Shown: one piece after another, positions 41,546 to 51,634 of the stretch
How the letters are laid out: each line of letters starts with the position of its first letter
Numbering within the stretch: the first letter of the stretch is position 1
Assembly: GCA_036337435.1 (NCBI GenBank)
Contig: JAYZEG010000037.1
Coordinates: 1-64,000 of the forward strand
Source of the DNA: Myxococcota bacterium
Lineage (GTDB): Bacteria > Myxococcota_A > Bradymonadia > UBA7976 > UBA1532
Length of the DNA stretch: 64,000 bases
Direction of reading: 5' to 3'
Position numbers and translations under genes: made by a program
The notes under the pieces: generated by a model
Told to the model about the DNA's origin: nothing
The model's input: only the letters and a program-made list of their open reading frames with translations
Databases searched by the model: none

Positions 41546-43921
41546 ATGTTGGTTTTCCGAGCGCGTTGCTCGATCTGGTTGGTTTTTTTCATGCTTGGGT
41601 GTCAACAGCCAAAAGGCTTGGCACCCGTGGAAAAGCAAAGCAAAATCAGTGCGACGGACACAGGCCATCTCAACCCATCACTACCCGGTCTCACAGCAGA
41701 CCAGAAACTCGTCGACGAACTTCAAAAAAACGCGGTTGAGAAGCGGGGACATACGCCGAGAACGCACCATTTGGACAAGACAGGCAAACCCCGATTTACT
41801 AACCGGTTGATTCGCGAGAGCAGTCCATATTTGCTGCAGCATGCCCATAACCCTGTGAATTGGTTTCCGTGGGGTGCTGAGCCATTCAGACAAGCGCAGC
41901 GCCTCAATCGCCCTGTTCTTTTGAGTGTCGGGTACTCGACATGCCACTGGTGTCACGTGATGGAATCAGAATCATTCGAAGATCTGGAGATCGCTGAATT
42001 CATCAATCGCCATTTCATCGCCATCAAAGTGGACCGGGAAGAACGGCCCGATGTCGATGAGATTTATATGAAAGCCGTCTATGTGTTGCAGGGCCGCGGA
42101 GGATGGCCAATGACCGTCGTGATGACGCCAAAACGTCAGCCATTCTTTGCGGGCACCTATTTTCCAGCACGGGATGGAGATCGGGGGACCAGAAAGGGTT
42201 TTCTTTCCATTCTGAAGACAATTCAAATGGAATATGAAACCAAGCCTGCCGACATCGTCTCCAAAGCGTCTGATATTACAGCTCGTTTGCAGGAAATGGC
42301 ACGCCCTGAATTACCGGGTTCCCTTCCTACTGCAGCCGCGATCAAGCGTGCGGTCCAACAGTTTCAACGCCGGTTCGATGCCAACTTTGGTGGGTTTAGC
42401 CGAGCCCCTAAGTTTCCGCGTCCTGCCACCCTTGACCTGTTGATGCGCTATTCGCGTCGTACAGGTGATCAGCGTGTCCTGAGCATGGTCACGAAGACCC
42501 TTCAGGAAATGGCCAGGGGGGGGATCAATGATCAAATTGGTGGTGGATTCCATCGTTATTCGGTCGACCGCCGATGGCGAGTACCGCACTTCGAAAAGAT
42601 GCTCTACGACAATGCGCAGCTCGCAATCGCATACACAGATGCTTGGCAGATCACGGCTCGAACCGACTTCGCGTCGGTCGTCGAATCCACCCTGGACTAT
42701 ATACAACGCGAAATGACATCGAAGGCAGGTGGCTTCTACTCGGCAACAGATGCCGACAGTAAAACTCCGCTAGGTCATGCAGAAGAGGGCTGGTTTTTCA
42801 CGTGGACCCCGACCGAGATTGAACATCTTGTCGGGGCCGAGGGGCTTAAATTACTCAAGCCAACCTACGGCATTACGGCTCAAGGTGATCTGGATGGTCG
42901 CAATGTGCTGTATTTAGCGAATACGCCCGAAAAAGCTGCAGACAAGCTGGGCATCACCAAGGCCAATTATCTCGCTGAGATCACGAAATTAAAGCAGCGT
43001 CTCTACAGACACCGTCTAAAGCGCCCCCCGCCCATCCTAGATGATAAAATAATCACGTCCTGGAACGGATTAATGATCTCAGCGTTCGCGCGCGCTGGGC
43101 GCGTTTTTTCTAACTCGAGCTATATTAAATCCGCTGAGCGAGCCGCACGTTTTTTGCTGAAAAACCTAAAGACCGACGATGGCCGTTTACTGAGAACCTG
43201 GAGAATGGGAAAGGCGCATTTGAACGGGTACTTGGACGACTATGCGTTCGTGATCGCAGGTTTGATCGAACTCTACGAAACGACTGGCCATTTCCATTGG
43301 CTAGAACAGGCCATTACGCTGCAAAAGTCTTTGGATAATCATTTTGCTGACGTTGGAGGTGGATATTATCTGACCAGCCATGATCATGAGCAACTCTTGG
43401 TAAGACGAAAGCCCGCATACGATGGCGCCGAGCCCAGTGGCAATGCCATCAGTGCCATGAATTTACTGAGGCTCTACAACCTGACAACAGAGCAAATGTA
43501 TCTGGAACGAGCAGACCGCCTCTTCAGCGCGTTCACGAACCAAATGTCAACGCGCTCATCAGCTCATCCCGCTTTGCTTTCAGCTTTGGAAATGCGCCTG
43601 GATAAACCCTTCCAAATTGTTTTGGTCGGTCCCGACAAGCCGAGTCTCAAGCCTATGCTCAAGATACTTAAGACACTCTACTTACCAAATCGCGGTCTGG
43701 CTCAAGTAGTCGAAGACGTAGAGCGCCCGCCACTTGGCGTCTTGCCCATCATCGACAGCAAAATATCAATGGCCGGTCAAGCGACCGCCTATGTCTGTAT
43801 CGAAACGGTCTGTGAACGACCTACAAAAGATCCAAAAACACTGGCCCAACAACTCAAGAGACGTCAACCATTCGCGTCATTAAAACCGGCTGTAATTAAG
43901 TCGAGCCGATCAAGCCGATAA
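41546..43921 (+). CDS. Thioredoxin domain-containing protein, YyaL/SSP411 family, with lipoprotein signal
   Basis: NRL...[51 protein letters not shown] lipobox. Confidence 0.92.
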   Translation: MLVFRARCSIWLVFFMLGCQQPKGLAPVEKQSKISATDTGHLNPSLPGLTADQKLVDELQKNAVEKRGHTPRTHHLDKTGKPRFTNRLIRESSPYLLQHAHNPVNWFPWGAEPFRQAQRLNRPVLLSVGYSTCHWCHVMESESFEDLEIAEFINRHFIAIKVDREERPDVDEIYMKAVYVLQGRGGWPMTVVMTPKRQPFFAGTYFPARDGDRGTRKGFLSILKTIQMEYETKPADIVSKASDITARLQEMARPELPGSLPTAAAIKRAVQQFQRRFDANFGGFSRAPKFPRPATLDLLMRYSRRTGDQRVLSMVTKTLQEMARGGINDQIGGGFHRYSVDRRWRVPHFEKMLYDNAQLAIAYTDAWQITARTDFASVVESTLDYIQREMTSKAGGFYSATDADSKTPLGHAEEGWFFTWTPTEIEHLVGAEGLKLLKPTYGITAQGDLDGRNVLYLANTPEKAADKLGITKANYLAEITKLKQRLYRHRLKRPPPILDDKIITSWNGLMISAFARAGRVFSNSSYIKSAERAARFLLKNLKTDDGRLLRTWRMGKAHLNGYLDDYAFVIAGLIELYETTGHFHWLEQAITLQKSLDNHFADVGGGYYLTSHDHEQLLVRRKPAYDGAEPSGNAISAMNLLRLYNLTTEQMYLERADRLFSAFTNQMSTRSSAHPALLSALEMRLDKPFQIVLVGPDKPSLKPMLKILKTLYLPNRGLAQVVEDVERPPLGVLPIIDSKISMAGQATAYVCIETVCERPTKDPKTLAQQLKRRQPFASLKPAVIKSSRSSR

Positions 43922-43927
43922 ATCAAA

Positions 43928-46129
43928 TCATCGAATTTCCGTAACCGCCGTCGCTTCAATTATCAGCCACCCATTCTGAATTCGAGGCGGCGAGGGAAAA
44001 GTCGGCTGAATGGTCATGGTGTCAATGTCAGAATTGAGGGATGAAAAGGCGTCTGCTTCGACCTCAATTCCATCTAGATCCACCGTCAATAGCCCCGCGA
44101 CCGCCTCATTCAATTCAGGTCCGATTTGAGCTTGTAGGAGCGCGGAAAAGAGTGATGGATCGAGTGCCGGAAAATCCCCCCCCTCACTTAATAACTCAAA
44201 CCTGACGTCGGGAACTTCGTCGACAATACCTTCGATCTGGCCTGCTCCAAATCCAAGTCCAACACCGGCTCGTAAGCTCATGACATAGTGGTCGGGACGC
44301 TCATTGAATGGGTTTTGAACGAACAAATCGATTTCCCCAAATTGCAGTTCCATCAAATTCGGCGAACCTGGCTGCGCTGGTACAATAACGGGAGGGATGC
44401 GTGCATCCAGTGTCAGGCCGCTAATTTGCGGAAAGCCATCTGGAACAATATCAGAAAGATCGACGGTGAATGCACTTTGATGCCATGCAGACGACAGTAT
44501 ACTGTTGAAAAGTGAGAGTCGAATCGCCACAGAAATGCCTCGACTTGGAGGCCAAACGGGTTCGGCGTTCAGCGGAAAGTCTGGAATGCCTGGATGAGGG
44601 TGCGGCGCCTGGACAACCATCGGCTGACGCACAATTCCGCCCAGAATAAGTTCCATTTTGTCACGCCGGGCAAAACTTGGCTCCTGGGCATTTAGGGATA
44701 AATTGAGCTGAATGCCTGGCAACGGCGGATCGGGGCTCAGGTCCAGGGAAACGTCCCGAAGCGGTTCGATGACATCGTCGAGTCCCAATTCGATAAAATT
44801 GGGAAGTTCGTCGGCAACCAGGTCTCGGACAAGTTCGTCTGCGGCGGAATTTAAAACCCGGCGCGCTATGCTGCCAACCGTGTCAACGACTGCCTGTGCG
44901 GTTGAGTCGTTGAATTCGCCGCTGAGACTCTCGACAGCAAGGCCGAAATCATCCACGACCAACCCAGGGGTACCCCGGTCATTGATCTGCATCTCTGCCG
45001 AAGCAAAGCCAGCGACTGTCAGGATGACACGCCCAGCAAGGGAAAATGACTCTCCGCCCACATCGATAAAACCCTCAGTTTCAAAAGCCAGATTCTCTAA
45101 GCGAATAAAGATTTCAAACCCATTGTCGGTCAGGAGAATCGTGACATCGGGTATCCCCTGATCAACGTTGGTTATCCGCATCGAGAAGTCATCGTCGTCG
45201 GCAATTTGCGGATTGTCTAGGAGCGTCATTAAGTTTGAACGACTCAGCAACGCTTCAGCCGTACCCGCCAAGTCTGGAACAATCTGTAATCCATCGGGTC
45301 CAGGAGGATCTGGTGCTTCTTGACGATCGATCACAGCCTGATGAAAGCGCATGATGGCCACTCTATCCAAATCGATTTCTGAATCGTCCGCTGGAATGAC
45401 CGTAGGTGCCCATAAGACTTCTCTCACACTGCGAGTCGCCGGCCGACGAACACCATCGTCTGCGATCACGTCGATTCGGTTTAATCCAAATTCAGCTCTG
45501 AGCTCAGTCTCAAATTCACCCATTTCGTTGACCATGACAGGTTGGTCATTGATAAACACACGAATGGTTGGATCTGTGTCGGTTCGGCCACGCACGCGAA
45601 TGGATGGCTCCCCTGTAAGAATCGATGCACGGCTCGGTTCTAAAATCTCCAGACTGGGCGGTGCGTCATCGACGTAGAAGGACGCGCGGCCGCAAATATC
45701 CGGCGTCGCGCAAGCCCGAACTGCCCCTGCGCCTTCGAGTAAAAAGGTGATGGTCTCGTCATCTTCAATGTCTGCTTGACCCATTGGCTGGATATCCAGG
45801 CGGACGGGTGCATTCGCGATCACACGACCAATGCGATCGTAGACCACGTATTCAATGGTTGGCCGCTCGTTTCGACTGTAAATCCCACGTCTCGGACTGA
45901 GCTCAACATCAACATAAGCTGGAACCGCCGTCGGTGCAGCACTCATGTCGATTTGCTGGGGTCCAAGATCAGATGCTCCGACACCAAAATCAGTCAACTG
46001 AGTGCCGGAATCGGCCCCAGTGCCGTTGGACATATCGACGACATTCGAACCCATGGACGAGGAATCATCACACCCGACCAACGGGAGAAAAAGACCAAAA
46101 GCAGCGAGAAAAACGAGTCGAGTCATCAT
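43928..46129 (-). CDS. Large acidic lipoprotein with Ig-like domains and probable BPI/LBP-like C-terminal region
   Basis: LPLVGC lipobox; GGAGAG RBS; Ig-like segment with FGLNRI; LFNSILSSAWHQSAF; paralog of the adjacent gene. Confidence 0.65.
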   Translation of the reverse strand: MMTRLVFLAAFGLFLPLVGCDDSSSMGSNVVDMSNGTGADSGTQLTDFGVGASDLGPQQIDMSAAPTAVPAYVDVELSPRRGIYSRNERPTIEYVVYDRIGRVIANAPVRLDIQPMGQADIEDDETITFLLEGAGAVRACATPDICGRASFYVDDAPPSLEILEPSRASILTGEPSIRVRGRTDTDPTIRVFINDQPVMVNEMGEFETELRAEFGLNRIDVIADDGVRRPATRSVREVLWAPTVIPADDSEIDLDRVAIMRFHQAVIDRQEAPDPPGPDGLQIVPDLAGTAEALLSRSNLMTLLDNPQIADDDDFSMRITNVDQGIPDVTILLTDNGFEIFIRLENLAFETEGFIDVGGESFSLAGRVILTVAGFASAEMQINDRGTPGLVVDDFGLAVESLSGEFNDSTAQAVVDTVGSIARRVLNSAADELVRDLVADELPNFIELGLDDVIEPLRDVSLDLSPDPPLPGIQLNLSLNAQEPSFARRDKMELILGGIVRQPMVVQAPHPHPGIPDFPLNAEPVWPPSRGISVAIRLSLFNSILSSAWHQSAFTVDLSDIVPDGFPQISGLTLDARIPPVIVPAQPGSPNLMELQFGEIDLFVQNPFNERPDHYVMSLRAGVGLGFGAGQIEGIVDEVPDVRFELLSEGGDFPALDPSLFSALLQAQIGPELNEAVAGLLTVDLDGIEVEADAFSSLNSDIDTMTIQPTFPSPPRIQNGWLIIEATAVTEIR

Positions 46130-46130
46130 T

Positions 46131-48902
46131 CTACTCTCCAAAATTTCCGTCGAAAATCCACGCGGCAGGAACACCAAATAGGCGTGGTTCCCTCAAGCCC
46201 AGTGGAACGCCCGGAGGTAGGTCAAACTCCTGTAGGTCGTCGGGGATTACAAAGTCGGGTAATGGCAAGGTGGGCAATCCATCATTCAGTGCTTGGTCAA
46301 TGGTTTGCTGTATCACGCGCGTCAACGTATCCTCGAGTACTTGGCGTGCTCGATCCGGGATCTCAGCCCCGGCAAGACTGAGGTGAAACGCATCGATACG
46401 TACGCGCTGGAAAGCGATGTCACGCTCTCCCTGGATCTCGACCCCGGCTTCAATAATTGCAGCCAAGCGCACTCGTATGGGATCAACAAAGAAATCGGGA
46501 TGTACAACCCCCGCTGATAATGGACCCACCATCACCTTCACCGTCGATTCACCATCGACACCAATCACCCAAGGGGGTTGAGGAAAGCGGAGAAATACCT
46601 CTGTACCGTCGGGTAAATCTTGACCCAATCCGGCAACAAGCCCCCCCGCCTCAGCCTCGAAGTAGCCGCCCCGCCAGAGTCGGTACATAATTTGATTGAG
46701 AAGGCCAAGCTTGATAAGCGCACCGACAGACCGCCCGTCCGGTACAGCCGCAACCTCTTCCCCTGGAATCAACGGGACACCGATACCTGGGGCAGCGATC
46801 ACATCTGGCCCCGATACACCCGTGTTCACTCCAATGGTCGCTGAACCAGGAACGAAATCGAGGCGTCCTAGACTCGCATTGATGGAAAGGCGGAGATCGG
46901 GCCCGCCAGTTAAACTTGGTATGTCGAAACCCTGAGCCAACTCACCAATATCGACATTACTCAATAAGTCCGTCAGAACCCGATCAATGTTATCTGTGAG
47001 AAAATCTCGAATGGCGTCCGTGATGGTGTCTCTAATTAAGCCTTCGAACGCTTCAAACACCAATTCGAGCAAAAAACCAAGAATCCCGCTAAAGTCGGCA
47101 TCTAGATCGCCAACTCTCACCTCATTTAGGTTTCGCAATGTAATGTCGGGCTGGCCATTTCCGCGAAGGCCAACATCAAAGGTCATGTCAAGAGTGATGT
47201 GTTCCGCTCGCATCCGAACGCGGTTACCGAGGGTTCCGTTGAGCTTGGCATTTACGTTTTGCTCTCGGAATGCAACCCGGATGCGCATGCCCCGATCGAC
47301 AAGATTTAGCTCAAACAAGTTCGGTCCATTATTATTATACGACCGATATTCAACGCCTAAACGAAACAGACAAATTCCGAGGACTCGGGCGCGACATTCC
47401 GAGGGTACAAGTGGATTTTGGGCGGCCGCAGACCGATCGACCGTATCCTCGAGGCCTTGACTATTGATGACGCGTCGGAGGACATCAGCCAGACTTCGAA
47501 TCGGTGCGCTCGGCGCGCCATCGTCGAGGCTGCCCTGGCCGAGACGAAGCTGGAGTGCATCCAGGTGAGGTAAGTCGGCCGCAGCGAAACGATCCGAAGC
47601 GTAGTATGCGCAGAACGTAGACGTTTCATTCTCACCGTCGCTGGCAATGATGTCATGGACGTTGAGACCCCATTGAACTGGCACCTCAGCACTCCACCGG
47701 CCATCGTCTTGCAGGTTCGCTGCCACGCCATCCACGGTAAGACTTTCGACGCCCGCGATATCGGCGACCGTACCCGAAAGGCGATGAACACCACCAGGCG
47801 GAATCGGAATGACATCGCCCATTTCCGGTGAAACGCAGTCGACTCCGGGCCCGCCATAATCAACTAGAATTCGAATCTCTTCAGAGAGCTCACGTTCTTC
47901 CCAAGTCTCCCCCAACACGCGCACACTCAAGGTATACTCGCCTTCCTGAACACATTGAAACCGACCATCACCAAAGGTAGGTAGGGGTGGATCACTCGAG
48001 AATTCTACGGGTGCTCCGCTCACAGTGTTCCCGAACTGATCCGACACCTGAGGGATCAACTCCAAGACCGATCCAACTCGGTAGATGGGTCTTTCAGGAA
48101 ATCGTGTCACGCGTAGGCCAGCGGGAAGACCCGCTTTGACTTGTAACGACAAAGCGGGCGTGAACTCAACACCAGGTAATTCACATGCGACGCCAAATGT
48201 GCCCGCACCATCAACTCGAAAAGTCATGCCTCGCCGCTCTAAATTTCGCGGCGGTGGTGAAAATTGAACCTCGAAATTTTCATCCTCGGTTCGATTACCA
48301 AATTCGTCAAAGGACTCGCATTCGATATCAACTGTCTCCCCGGCATCAATGCTGGGTGAACTCATGCGAGTGACCGTACGCACCGGCCTCGCCGGCGTGA
48401 CCGTCCAAATCGCGGGCGTTGGATCCCTCAGACCCAGACTGTTCGCTGCACATACAACCGAGTAATCGCGAGCGATCCGACCGATCGCGCCGGCCTCGGT
48501 TCGCTCAAACCCAGTGTCTGGATAAATTTCGGGTCTTGCTCGAATCTCAGCAATCGGTTCACCCACTTGGTCGAGCACTTGGCAGGTAATTCGATTCTCA
48601 ATACCCGCCGCCGTGCGGCGTTCACCAACTCGCGTCTCAACAGCAAATGGGATCACCTCGAATTGGGCAGAATCTGGAGCCGCATCATCAACGATTGCCA
48701 TATCTTCAGGCAAAGAGAGGTCTGTCGTTGTGCCCAGATCGGCTGAGTCGGGGCCGAGATCATCGCGAGGCCCTGCATCCGTCTGAACAACCCCTGGCGG
48801 ACCGACCGATGCAACGGGTGCCTGCTGCTGGTCCTGACACGCCGTAAAAAATGTAAGTATAGGAATCATGATACGGCAAATGGAATACTTGTTAATGGAC
48901 AT
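46131..48902 (-). CDS. Large lipoprotein with Ig-like domains and probable BPI/LBP-like C-terminal region
   Basis: FFTAC lipobox; GGAGG RBS; WGLNVH; LLNQIMYRLWRGGYF. Confidence 0.65.
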   Translation of the reverse strand: MSINKYSICRIMIPILTFFTACQDQQQAPVASVGPPGVVQTDAGPRDDLGPDSADLGTTTDLSLPEDMAIVDDAAPDSAQFEVIPFAVETRVGERRTAAGIENRITCQVLDQVGEPIAEIRARPEIYPDTGFERTEAGAIGRIARDYSVVCAANSLGLRDPTPAIWTVTPARPVRTVTRMSSPSIDAGETVDIECESFDEFGNRTEDENFEVQFSPPPRNLERRGMTFRVDGAGTFGVACELPGVEFTPALSLQVKAGLPAGLRVTRFPERPIYRVGSVLELIPQVSDQFGNTVSGAPVEFSSDPPLPTFGDGRFQCVQEGEYTLSVRVLGETWEERELSEEIRILVDYGGPGVDCVSPEMGDVIPIPPGGVHRLSGTVADIAGVESLTVDGVAANLQDDGRWSAEVPVQWGLNVHDIIASDGENETSTFCAYYASDRFAAADLPHLDALQLRLGQGSLDDGAPSAPIRSLADVLRRVINSQGLEDTVDRSAAAQNPLVPSECRARVLGICLFRLGVEYRSYNNNGPNLFELNLVDRGMRIRVAFREQNVNAKLNGTLGNRVRMRAEHITLDMTFDVGLRGNGQPDITLRNLNEVRVGDLDADFSGILGFLLELVFEAFEGLIRDTITDAIRDFLTDNIDRVLTDLLSNVDIGELAQGFDIPSLTGGPDLRLSINASLGRLDFVPGSATIGVNTGVSGPDVIAAPGIGVPLIPGEEVAAVPDGRSVGALIKLGLLNQIMYRLWRGGYFEAEAGGLVAGLGQDLPDGTEVFLRFPQPPWVIGVDGESTVKVMVGPLSAGVVHPDFFVDPIRVRLAAIIEAGVEIQGERDIAFQRVRIDAFHLSLAGAEIPDRARQVLEDTLTRVIQQTIDQALNDGLPTLPLPDFVIPDDLQEFDLPPGVPLGLREPRLFGVPAAWIFDGNFGE

Positions 48903-49020
48903 TGGAACCCTCCGTATCGGCGACTCTATGGTCACTCAGAATGGTGGAACAGAGCAAGCAATTACAAATCGATGATCTCAGTTCTTGATTATCTAGGTCC
49001 CAAAAGCAGACAATCAGACC

Positions 49021-50934
49021 ATGAATGGAACCGTGAACAAGACAATTCCGCTGAGGGCAGGCATCCAAGGTCATCTGATGGTTTGGTTGACCATTGTCCC
49101 ATTGATTGCCTGCGGCGGTGATGAGTTGCCAAGTGTGGCAGACTTTGGGCGGCCAGACTTTCGAGTGGAATTCGACAGCAGCGGAAATAATCAAAGCCAA
49201 TGCGTTCAACAAACCGAGGTTTGTAATGGGCGCGACGACGACTGCGACGGTGCCATTGATGAGGAGCGGGACGTCCGCATTCAAGTTTTCGCAGATCCCG
49301 ACCACTGCGGTGCGTGTAATCGACGATGTGACGGGCCAAATGCTCGATTTGCCTGCCAGGTTGGTCAATGTGTGGTGGCAGCATGTGATCCAGGTTTTAT
49401 CGACTATAATGGTGAACCCGAGGATGGCTGTGAAGCGGACTGCGTCATCACGGCGGGCGGCCAAGAACTCTGTGATGACATCGATAACGATTGCGATGGC
49501 ACCATCGACGAGGACTTTGATCTTGAAAACGATCCGCAGAATTGTGGCGCGTGTCAGAGGGTCTGTAATGCCATCGCCAATGGCCTGAGTGGATGCGTAT
49601 CCGGGGGGTGCGAAATCGAACGCTGTGACCAGAATTGGCATGACTTGAATTCTGACATCAGCGATGGCTGCGAATACAGTTGTACGGAGCGGATTGGCAC
49701 CACGGCCAGTGAATTCTGTAATGGTCTTGATGACGATTGCGACGGACAGGTCGACGAGACGATGGGCATGCAACAACCGCCCATCCAATGCGGCATCGAA
49801 GGTGCCTGTCGATTCGACTGTGTATCGGAACAAGGCTGTGCGGATGATGAGATCTGCAATGATGGTCGAATTTGCGTACCTGCGGTTCCCGTCGAGATGA
49901 CCTGCGCCGACGATGGCGATTGCCAAGAGATTCACCCGGGCCTTGCCTGTATCTCGACAACCCGCAGACTGGGAAACGATAGAGTCACCGAACAGCGCTG
50001 TGTCGAGCGCTCGCACGAGCCAATGTGCGATGGAGCCCAAGGCTTCAGATGTATTTACTCGCTCGATTACCAACGGGCCGACGAGAGCGGGCGTTGCGAC
50101 GGTATCGACAATGATTGCGATGGCCGAACCGACGAAGATTTCATCGACGAGCTGTTCCTGGCCGACCGACAAACGCAGAGACCCTGCTCGTCCGGTCAGG
50201 GGGTTTGTCGACGAAATGGTGTTGTGACCTGTGGCCCCAACGGGGAACGCACCATTTGCAATGCCCCCATCGTGCCTGCGCAAACAAATTTGGACACGGA
50301 GTGCGACGCCATAGACCAAGATTGCGATGGTCTCGTTGACGAAGACTTCGACGATGCTGTGGTCGCCATAGACAACATAGAGATATTCGCCTACGAGGCC
50401 AGCCGTCCGGGCGCTTCGGCCGAACTCCGAGGGCTTGATCCAAATCCAAACGACGGCATCGAGACGTTTATTGAGTCCCGAGCATGTTCTCGACCTGGTG
50501 TGCTGCCTTGGGACGATGCCACCTGGAGCGAAGCGGCGGAGGCGTGCGCCCAAGCTGATGCGCGCCTTTGTACCGGTGATGAATTCGCCCGCGCTTGCGG
50601 CGGTGTTCAGACCCAACTTTACCCGTACGGAAATAGTTTCCGCTCGCTTCTCTGCAATGGCCAAACCTATGACACCGATGACGAACAGCCCGGTGTCCAA
50701 TCTCAGGCACTCGCTTGTGGTGCCATGGAAAGGTGCCAACGCGACGGTGTTTTTGACCTCTCGGGCAACCTCAAAGAATGGGTTATCGACAGCATCGGTA
50801 ACCTTCGGGCAGTCCGAGGCGGCAGCTATGCAACGGTTCTCGGTGGTGGTTTGGCATGCGATCAAGATGGAGATTGGAAAGACCGAAACTTCCACCACAG
50901 AAGCATCGGCTTCCGCTGCTGCCGCGACCGCTAG
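49021..50934 (+). CDS. Cys-rich lipoprotein with MopE-type repeats and C-terminal FGE-sulfatase (SUMF1)-like domain
   Basis: PLIAC lipobox; five C..xD.DCDG..DE repeats; two DP..CGAC repeats; YPYG, DLSGNLKEW, RGGSY, GFRCC. Confidence 0.85.
   Translation: MNGTVNKTIPLRAGIQGHLMVWLTIVPLIACGGDELPSVADFGRPDFRVEFDSSGNNQSQCVQQTEVCNGRDDDCDGAIDEERDVRIQVFADPDHCGACNRRCDGPNARFACQVGQCVVAACDPGFIDYNGEPEDGCEADCVITAGGQELCDDIDNDCDGTIDEDFDLENDPQNCGACQRVCNAIANGLSGCVSGGCEIERCDQNWHDLNSDISDGCEYSCTERIGTTASEFCNGLDDDCDGQVDETMGMQQPPIQCGIEGACRFDCVSEQGCADDEICNDGRICVPAVPVEMTCADDGDCQEIHPGLACISTTRRLGNDRVTEQRCVERSHEPMCDGAQGFRCIYSLDYQRADESGRCDGIDNDCDGRTDEDFIDELFLADRQTQRPCSSGQGVCRRNGVVTCGPNGERTICNAPIVPAQTNLDTECDAIDQDCDGLVDEDFDDAVVAIDNIEIFAYEASRPGASAELRGLDPNPNDGIETFIESRACSRPGVLPWDDATWSEAAEACAQADARLCTGDEFARACGGVQTQLYPYGNSFRSLLCNGQTYDTDDEQPGVQSQALACGAMERCQRDGVFDLSGNLKEWVIDSIGNLRAVRGGSYATVLGGGLACDQDGDWKDRNFHHRSIGFRCCRDR
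49195..50345 (+). repeat. Intragenic Cys/Asp-rich repeats (5 MopE-type, 2 DPxxCGAC)
   Basis: EVCNGRDDDCDGAIDE, ELCDDIDNDCDGTIDE, EFCNGLDDDCDGQVDE, GRCDGIDNDCDGRTDE, TECDAIDQDCDGLVDE. Confidence 0.85.
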
Positions 50935-50979
50935 CCGGCCATCGGCCTGACTGGATTCGAAAAACATAGCCCAGAAACA

Positions 50980-50996
50980 AGCGATATACGTGCCAA
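50980..50996 (-). promoter_or_regulatory. Possible sigma54 -24/-12 promoter
   Basis: Minus strand TTGGCACGTATATCGCT: GG-N10-GC spacing, one mismatch to TGGCACGNNNNTTGC. Confidence 0.35.
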
Positions 50997-51047
50997 TTTA
51001 GATTGAGCTCGCAAATCCACATCGACCAAGCAGAGTGAGTACTTTTT

Positions 51048-51364
51048 GGGGGGGCATGTCCACCCCATTGAAGGGGGACCGTAAACCGATTGTGCCGTAG
51101 AAAAGAGTCCCCCCGGCAAGTCAGATCGACTCGCCGAGGGGAAAAAGATGGCTCACAGGGCGTCGTTCGCAGCCCCCGCGACCCGCTCCAGTCGGCCGGG
51201 CAAACCTTCCGAAGCTGCACGAGACAGTTTGCCTCGCGCTGCAGGCCACAAAAGCGGGCAAGCTTCAGTGGCGATGGCCGATGCGACTCGGCCTGAAAAG
51301 CTAGATGGGCAATCTAGCCTCAACACAGATACACGTGAGTGCATCTACCAGGGAGTGGACCCCC
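51048..51364 (+). ncRNA. Candidate large structured non-coding RNA of unrecognised class
   Basis: 5'/3' closing stem, several internal helices, GUGA and UUCG loops, A-rich linkers, possible pseudoknot; no credible ORF. Confidence 0.6.
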
Positions 51365-51634
51365 AGCCACACACCAGAGGTATCCTGATCAAAAACCGGA
51401 CGTGGTCTGACGGAATTTCGGTGCGCTTGTATTTTTTTACCAATTTTAAAATCGCCGGTCAACTTATCCACACCAGTTATGCGTCTAATTATCGCGAGTA
51501 GGTGCTCTCACTTTGGACAGTGAATTAAACGTCGAAGGCGCCAGAAATTATTCGGATTTAATGAGTCGAGATACGACGACAGTTGAGAGAGTACGCGCAA
51601 TCACCTATTGTGGAGAGCCACGAGGAGAGACGTT

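Noticed and set aside
48892..50967. 691-aa minus-strand ORF as a real protein
   Set aside because: Lies fully antisense to a well-supported gene whose codon usage suppresses antisense stops; no motifs
51048..51364. Assignment of the structured region to RNase P RNA, tmRNA, c-di-GMP-I or cobalamin riboswitch
   Set aside because: Only superficial fragments: no GAGGAAAGUCC or ACAGAA...GGCUUA (RNase P); no T-loop/CCA acceptor end or credible tag (minus-strand ANDAL* looks coincidental); GGGCAAACC is not followed by GAAA...GACGCAAAG; minus-strand GCCACTG...GGAAGG lacks the rest of the B12 core
50800..51400. Diversity-generating retroelement or retron (FGE-fold C-terminus next to a structured RNA with inverted ends)
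   Set aside because: No reverse transcriptase in the window and no template repeat similar to the gene's 3' end
51148..51501. 117-aa ORF and other short ORFs over the structured region
   Set aside because: No recognisable family, low-complexity composition; base-pairing explains the sequence better
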